A stretch of 64,000 bases of DNA from Acidobacteriota bacterium (lineage in GTDB: Bacteria > Acidobacteriota > UBA6911), in assembly GCA_963664705.1 (NCBI GenBank), contig OY761556.1:3872001-3936000 (forward strand), read 5' to 3'. Within the stretch, counting starts at the first letter, position 1; the number at the start of each line of letters is the position of its first letter. The notes beneath the pieces are model-generated. The model had not been told where the DNA came from, made no database searches, and worked only from the letters and a program-made list of their open reading frames with translations. Position numbers and translations under genes: made by a program. Shown here piece after piece: positions 58,535-64,000 of the stretch.

Positions 58535-59092
58535 ATGGGAACCCTTCAGGCATCCAGCATCACTAACCCGCAGAGTACCAGGACGCTCTCCATCCTCGTT
58601 GAAAATCGCTTCGGCGTTTTGTCCCGGATTGCGGGACTTTTCAGCGCACGAGGCTACAACATTGAAAGTCTCACAGTAGCCGGCAGCTCCGACCAAGGCC
58701 TTTCCAGAATAACAATGGTCGTACGGTGCGAGGCACTTCTCGCCCAGCAGATTTTGAGACAGGTAGAAAAAATTCCGGACACAGTAGAAGCACTGGATCT
58801 GACGGATGCAAATTGCGTCGAACGGGAATTGATCCTGGTGCGCGTTCGTGCCCCGGAGGGAAAAAGAACTACGCTCCTGACCGAAGCAGAAATTTTCCGC
58901 GCCCGCGTCGTCACGGCGACACCGGAGAATTACGTTTTTGAGGTCACGGGAGATTCGGGCAAGGTCGAAGCATTTCTGGATGTAGTGCGGCCCTATGGGA
59001 TTGATGAGATGGTGCGGACGGGAAAGGTCGCACTGCATCGCAACCTGGCGCCCAAGTCACCTGATACGGAAACGGTCTCAACTGCCAGATAA
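58535..59092 (+). CDS. ilvN: acetolactate synthase small subunit
   Basis: ENRFGVLSRIAGLFSARGYNIESL, ERELILV, EMVRTG. Confidence 0.95.
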   Translation: MGTLQASSITNPQSTRTLSILVENRFGVLSRIAGLFSARGYNIESLTVAGSSDQGLSRITMVVRCEALLAQQILRQVEKIPDTVEALDLTDANCVERELILVRVRAPEGKRTTLLTEAEIFRARVVTATPENYVFEVTGDSGKVEAFLDVVRPYGIDEMVRTGKVALHRNLAPKSPDTETVSTAR

Positions 59093-59117
59093 ACTGAATA
59101 GGAAAGGGATATCAACC

Positions 59118-60959
59118 ATGAACGCAAGACTAGAAAACCAACGCCATCCGCTTGCAGGCAAACGCATGACGGGTGCAGAGATGATTATCCAGGTTCTGGC
59201 GCAGGAGGGAGTGGACACCGTTTTCGGCTACACTGGAGGGGCAATTCTTCCGACCTATGACGCCATTTTTCGCTTCAACGTCGAACATGAATCCTGCCGG
59301 GACAAACAAATACAGCTTATTGTGCCCGCCAATGAACAGGGCGCGGGCTTTATGGCAGCCGGGTATGCGCGGGCCAGCGGCAAAGTGGGTGTTTTCATCG
59401 TCACCTCAGGACCCGGAGCGACCAACAGCGTCACTCCTATCCGTGATTGCATGGCAGACTCCGTCCCCGTCGTATTGATCAGCGGACAGGTCTCCCGTGC
59501 CGCGATCGGAACAGACGCATTCCAGGAAGCCCCCGTATTCAACCTGATGAGTTCCTGCGCAAAACATGTCTTCCTCGTCGAGGATCCGGAGGAGCTGGAA
59601 ACTACCGTTCGAACGGCCTTCGAAATCGCCCGAAGCGGCCGCCCAGGCCCCGTCGTTATTGACGTGCCCAAGGATGTTCAAAACTGGGAAGGAACATTCA
59701 AAGGCGAAGGAATCTGTCATTTCCGCGGATATGAAAACCGCATGCAATCGCTATCGAACGCTCGCATTTCCGAACAGGACTGCGCAGAGTTCTTTGATCT
59801 TCTCGGCCGCTGTGAACGCCCGCTCATCTGTGCAGGCGGCGGCGTGATCTGCGGTGATGCCGCGCCCCAGCTCCGTGAATTTGTCCACGAATTCAAGATC
59901 CCAGTCGTAACCACATTGATGGGAATTGGCGCATTGGATACAACCGAGGATCTCTCACTCCACATGCTCGGGATGCACGGCATGGCATATGCCAACTATG
60001 CCGTCATGGACTGCGACTTCCTCATCACTATTGGAGCACGATTTGACGATCGCGTGGCCGGCAAGGTGCAGGAGTTTGCTCCCAAAGCACGGTACCATGC
60101 CCATATAGACATTGATGCCGCCGAAATCGGCAAGGTCAAGACCGTTACCTGGGCACATATCGGGTCGGCGAAAGAAGCGCTGATCGATCTCCTGGCCGCC
60201 GGAAAAAGCTTCAAGAAGGACTTTTCCAAATGGCTGATCCACGTGGATGACCTCAAAAAACAACATGTCCGCAATTACGATCGAGAGAACAATGCTATCC
60301 AGCCCCAGGATGTACTCGAGTGCCTGAACAAGATCACCAAGGGGGAAGCAATCGTTTGCACAGGCGTAGGCCAGCACCAGATGTGGGCCGCCCAGTATCT
60401 CGATTTCAGAGAACCGAGGTCCATTCTAACCTCCGGATCAATGGGAACTATGGGGTTTGGCCTTCCGGCAGCCATTGGCGCACAGGCGGCATTTCCCGAA
60501 CGTCTCGTCATTGACGTGGATGGCGACGGCAGTATGCGGATGAACCTGGGAGAACTGGAAACAGCCACCACCTATAACCTTCCAATCAAAGTGCTTCTGC
60601 TCAATAACATGGGAGACGGAATGGTGCGGCAGTGGCAGAAGCTGTACTTCGGCAATCGATTCTCGGGGTCGGACAAATCCCTCCGGCAGAAAGACTTCGT
60701 CAAAACTGCCGAGGCCGACGGATTTGCCTTCGCGGTCCGGACATCCGATAAAGCCTCGCTGGAAGAAACGCTGAAAAAATTCACCGATTTCCAGGGACCA
60801 GCCTTCCTTGAAGTTATGATTGATCCTGATGCTTGCGTTTATCCGATGGTCGGCCCCGGCATGGGCTATAAGGAGATGATCACGGGCGACTTCATTGCAG
60901 GGCGCAATCCCGAGGAAAATATGATGGATGAGCGGTTGAACACCTCGGATTCCTTCTAG
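59118..60959 (+). CDS. ilvB: acetolactate synthase large subunit
   Basis: GGAILP, TSGPGATN, GTDAFQE, RFDDRV, VGQHQMW, GDGS...NN TPP motif. Confidence 0.97.
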   Translation: MNARLENQRHPLAGKRMTGAEMIIQVLAQEGVDTVFGYTGGAILPTYDAIFRFNVEHESCRDKQIQLIVPANEQGAGFMAAGYARASGKVGVFIVTSGPGATNSVTPIRDCMADSVPVVLISGQVSRAAIGTDAFQEAPVFNLMSSCAKHVFLVEDPEELETTVRTAFEIARSGRPGPVVIDVPKDVQNWEGTFKGEGICHFRGYENRMQSLSNARISEQDCAEFFDLLGRCERPLICAGGGVICGDAAPQLREFVHEFKIPVVTTLMGIGALDTTEDLSLHMLGMHGMAYANYAVMDCDFLITIGARFDDRVAGKVQEFAPKARYHAHIDIDAAEIGKVKTVTWAHIGSAKEALIDLLAAGKSFKKDFSKWLIHVDDLKKQHVRNYDRENNAIQPQDVLECLNKITKGEAIVCTGVGQHQMWAAQYLDFREPRSILTSGSMGTMGFGLPAAIGAQAAFPERLVIDVDGDGSMRMNLGELETATTYNLPIKVLLLNNMGDGMVRQWQKLYFGNRFSGSDKSLRQKDFVKTAEADGFAFAVRTSDKASLEETLKKFTDFQGPAFLEVMIDPDACVYPMVGPGMGYKEMITGDFIAGRNPEENMMDERLNTSDSF

Positions 60960-60985
60960 TAACCGGCAAGCTCATCGCACTTTGC

Positions 60986-61036
60986 GCAATTCAGGAGGTT
61001 TATGGCAGGCTTCTTGCCATAAATCTCCCGAATTGC
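60986..61036. terminator. long hairpin between convergent ilvB and J-domain genes
   Basis: GCAATTC-A-GGAGGTTTATGGCAGG / CTTGCCATAAATCTCC-C-GAATTGC. Confidence 0.65.
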
Positions 61037-61040
61037 CGCG

Positions 61041-61442
61041 TTATTTCTCCAGTTCCCGCTTGAATAGATCCCTCAGATCTTCCCACTGATCATCAAGACC
61101 AACCACGCTGTAGCAGGTTCTTCGCATTTCGCCGGGCCTTGCCGACTTGTTCCTGGAGTTGATTACATCCCGAATATCCAAGTGAGCTGCCGGGTGTGAG
61201 TATCTCGGGATGTGGGAATCGGGAGACGCCTGGGAATCAGAATACAGTCTTTTGTCGTATTCTCTCCTCCTCTCGGGATCACTCAAAATATCATAGGCTT
61301 CCTGAACCGAACGGAATGCTTCGGCAGAAGAGCCCTCTCCCGCATCCGGATGATATTGCTTCGCCAGTTTGCGGTAAGCACCTCGAATCTCCTTTTCTTC
61401 GGCGCCGGGGTTGATTCCAAGTATCTCGTAATAGTCGGCCAT
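61041..61442 (-). CDS. small J-domain protein
   Basis: MADYYEILG...YHPD...[13 protein letters not shown]; RBS AAGGAG. Confidence 0.9.
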   Translation of the reverse strand: MADYYEILGINPGAEEKEIRGAYRKLAKQYHPDAGEGSSAEAFRSVQEAYDILSDPERRREYDKRLYSDSQASPDSHIPRYSHPAAHLDIRDVINSRNKSARPGEMRRTCYSVVGLDDQWEDLRDLFKRELEK

Positions 61443-61597
61443 TGCGGCTTCACTCCTTGACCTCTTCAATCTAATATATCTTAGAATAATGAGCATCAGG
61501 CCCGGAAGTCGATTTTGGCCGTAGATTGCAAAACAGGATTGGCGGACAATGAACACTTTTGGGCCGTGACCTCAATGACTCCAGGAGGCGAGAACCT

Positions 61598-62098
61598 ATG
61601 GCAGAAATTACGTTCAAGGGAAATCCGTTTCACACTGCAGGATCTTTACCGAAAGTCGGCACGAACGCACCGGAATTCAAGGTTATCAAGGCGGACCTGT
61701 CACCAATGGCGCTGAGTGAACTCAAAGGCAAAAAAGTGGTACTCAACATATTTCCGAGTATCGACACCGCTGTCTGCGCAACTTCTGTCAGACGGTTTAA
61801 TGCCGAAGCAGACAAACTCAGCAATACAGTTATTGTCTGCATCTCGCGAGACCTCCCCTTTGCTCAAAAGCGATTCTGTGGCGCGGAAGGACTGAACAAT
61901 GTCGTCACCGGCTCCGAATACCAGGATTCCAGTTTCAGCGACGCTTATGGCGTTCGTATGGTAGATGGGCCACTGGCGGGACTGCTGTCACGCGCCATCG
62001 TTGTCATCAACGAACAGGGCAAAGTTATTTATACGGAACAGGTACCTGAAATTGCCCAGGAACCTGACTACGGCAAAGCGCTCGCTGCCATCCAGTAG
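61598..62098 (+). CDS. tpx: thiol peroxidase
   Basis: FPSIDTAVC, S.DLPFAQKRFCGAEG; RBS AGGAGG. Confidence 0.96.
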   Translation: MAEITFKGNPFHTAGSLPKVGTNAPEFKVIKADLSPMALSELKGKKVVLNIFPSIDTAVCATSVRRFNAEADKLSNTVIVCISRDLPFAQKRFCGAEGLNNVVTGSEYQDSSFSDAYGVRMVDGPLAGLLSRAIVVINEQGKVIYTEQVPEIAQEPDYGKALAAIQ

Positions 62099-62176
62099 CA
62101 AAACTCGACACTACAGCCTGATCCCGGAAAGCACCGGTGGAAACCGGTGCCTTCCCTCCGGGCAGAGGCGTTCCAG

Positions 62177-62893
62177 ATGATGTATGCGCTGATTGCGGTA
62201 ATGGCGGCATTGTTGATAACAGTGCTCGTGTACCTTCGCCACTTTAACCGGCGCCAGGTAGCCTCTCTATTCCAGTCCACAGTCCGGGAACTCCAGGCAG
62301 GTGGAGTGGAAACCGAACAGGCTCTGCACCAGACCATCGATCGGTTTATACGGCGCCCACCATTCAACCTACTGAAACCGAACGAACGGACCCTTTTTAT
62401 ACACGTCCTGCTGGATATGGGATCTCCCGTGGATGTCGGGGCAGAAATCCTGCAGCGCTGCGAAAACAAACACAGCATTTCCGAAATCAGAGACATCAAA
62501 CAATTAACAAGGCTGGCTTACACAACCGACCTGCGGCTGAGTCTTCAACAACTGATTCAAAACGCAAAGCTCCTGCATAGAAAAGTAACCGACCGATACC
62601 CGAATATTACAATTGCCCTGCTGGCGTCCCTCAGTGTCCGCGAAGGGTGGACATTCGTCGAGGAACAGAACGAGGACTTGATCTTTGATTATCGGCAGGA
62701 GAGGATTCGAATGCCCAAACAAGGGAGCGGAAAGGATGCGGCCAGACTGATCCTATTCGAGGAAATGACACAGCGGCCTATGATTGGTCGTCCCGAAACC
62801 GACAATTTGCGAAGATCATCCCGCCGTGAGCTGGTTGACAGTTTTGATACGCTCTTTGAAGAGACATTTCTCGGATTGGGGAAAGCAGGATAG
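62177..62893 (+). CDS. hypothetical protein with N-terminal membrane anchor
   Basis: 238-aa ORF filling the gap; hydrophobic N-terminus followed by RHFNRR. Confidence 0.7.
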   Translation: MMYALIAVMAALLITVLVYLRHFNRRQVASLFQSTVRELQAGGVETEQALHQTIDRFIRRPPFNLLKPNERTLFIHVLLDMGSPVDVGAEILQRCENKHSISEIRDIKQLTRLAYTTDLRLSLQQLIQNAKLLHRKVTDRYPNITIALLASLSVREGWTFVEEQNEDLIFDYRQERIRMPKQGSGKDAARLILFEEMTQRPMIGRPETDNLRRSSRRELVDSFDTLFEETFLGLGKAG

Positions 62894-62940
62894 CCCGGAT
62901 TCAGGCTAATCAATCATACGCTTTTGCCGATAGGCTAGAC

Positions 62941-63270
62941 ATGAGATCAGAAGAAAGAGAGCTTTGTGCAGATCTAGTCAAAATAGAATGGGCCTCCAAA
63001 TCCGGCTCCGCCTGCAACGAATGGGCCATCCTGGAAGACATATCCCCCTCGGGAGCATGCCTGCAGAGCGAATCGCCCGTTCCTGCGGAGACTCTTGTCA
63101 CCCTCGAGTTTCCGGGCAACAACCGCTGCGAAGCTCGCGTAAAATATTGTAAGAGTGACCTCACGAACTTCCTGATCGGCGTTCATTTCGAGCAGGGATA
63201 CCGCTGGTCGCGCCGCAAATTCAAGCCGGAACACCTGCTTCAGTTCAGACTGCGCTGCGTAAAGAAATAG
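62941..63270 (+). CDS. PilZ domain protein
   Basis: RSEER (RxxxR) and DISPSG (DxSxxG). Confidence 0.85.
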   Translation: MRSEERELCADLVKIEWASKSGSACNEWAILEDISPSGACLQSESPVPAETLVTLEFPGNNRCEARVKYCKSDLTNFLIGVHFEQGYRWSRRKFKPEHLLQFRLRCVKK

Positions 63271-63369
63271 TCGGCCGCTTCCGCTCTCCGGCGCAATCTC
63301 AAAACGTTTGTCTGTCCCGCCATAAATTGATATCCTAAGCGTTGAAAAGATTTGATTTGGGGACAGAAT

Positions 63370-63987
63370 ATGCTTCGAAAACTTCCTGCCATATCGCTAG
63401 TACTTGCATGTTTTGCATTATGGTCCTTGCCGGCAAGACCGGCTGACGATGCCCCTCCCGGACAGTTGCTCGGAGGATCTCTTAATTCCCCGGTACGAAT
63501 CGAAGTGTTCTCCGACTTTCAATGCCCTGCATGCCGGGACCTGTACTTGAATACGATACGAAAAGTCCTCCAGGACTATTCAAGCAAAGACAAGGTGTGC
63601 GTGATCTATCACGAATTTCCATTACCGATGCATCAATATGCCAGGGAGGCCGCGCGCTATTCCGAAGCGGCGGGCCAGTTGGGACAGCAGAAACTCCTGC
63701 CGGTATTTGATTCCCTATTCAATGATCAAGCGCAATGGGCTAAGGACGGCAGCCTGGAGTTGAGCGTTTCAAAAGCGGTGGCCGGCGAGGATTTTCAGAA
63801 AATAAAAAAGCTCACGCAAGACGCCAGCATCACGACAAACCTGGAAAAAGAAATTCTGCTCGGCACCAAGAGGGATATACAATCCACTCCGACGATGTTT
63901 ATCAGCTATCCCGGAAAACAGCAAAAAGTCGAAGGTGTGGTCACCTATGACATTTTGAAGCAGTTTATCGACTCCATCGTGAAATAG
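63370..63987 (+). CDS. DsbA family thiol-disulfide oxidoreductase
   Basis: Signal peptide, FSDFQCPAC, FPL..H, STPT cis-Pro loop. Confidence 0.9.
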   Translation: MLRKLPAISLVLACFALWSLPARPADDAPPGQLLGGSLNSPVRIEVFSDFQCPACRDLYLNTIRKVLQDYSSKDKVCVIYHEFPLPMHQYAREAARYSEAAGQLGQQKLLPVFDSLFNDQAQWAKDGSLELSVSKAVAGEDFQKIKKLTQDASITTNLEKEILLGTKRDIQSTPTMFISYPGKQQKVEGVVTYDILKQFIDSIVK

Positions 63988-64000
63988 CGGACCATTCCGC

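Noticed and set aside
1-64000. Prophage, IS, tRNA or rRNA
   Set aside because: No integrase, transposase or phage ORFs, and no tRNA/rRNA signature in the short intergenic gaps by eye

Overview
Gene-dense bacterial chromosome segment of moderate GC (low-to-mid 50s % by eye). The gene content suggests an Acidobacteriota-like organism (inference only). It is mostly housekeeping and envelope genes: hom (partial), lepB, fadD-like ligase, proline dehydrogenase, trxC, lysA, rpoH-like sigma, trmJ, rho, a complete moxR-DUF58-batABCDE operon, serA, hpnH, yhaO/yhaN-like, leuS, ilvN-ilvB and tpx, plus two ECF sigma/anti-sigma pairs and two diguanylate cyclases. I saw no rRNA, tRNA, CRISPR array, integrase or intact transposase. 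Most notable signals: (1) a dispersed set of intergenic elements whose inverted arms are built from tandem 7-mers or 9-mers; two still enclose decayed cargo (a GxxExxY-like fragment between 9-mer arms, a four-helix-bundle-like fragment between 7-mer arms) and the rest are empty; (2) an FmdB-type zinc-ribbon gene missing from the ORF track, with a probable in-frame UGA (Sec) and a SECIS-like hairpin; (3) a cysteine synthase::cysteinyl-tRNA synthetase fusion with a degenerate HIGH motif next to it; (4) an MprF-like synthase carrying a DedA domain in place of the usual flippase; (5) a complete Ile/Val/Leu leader-peptide attenuator ahead of an ilvN-ilvB operon in reversed order. All family assignments come from recognising motifs by eye; no searches were run.
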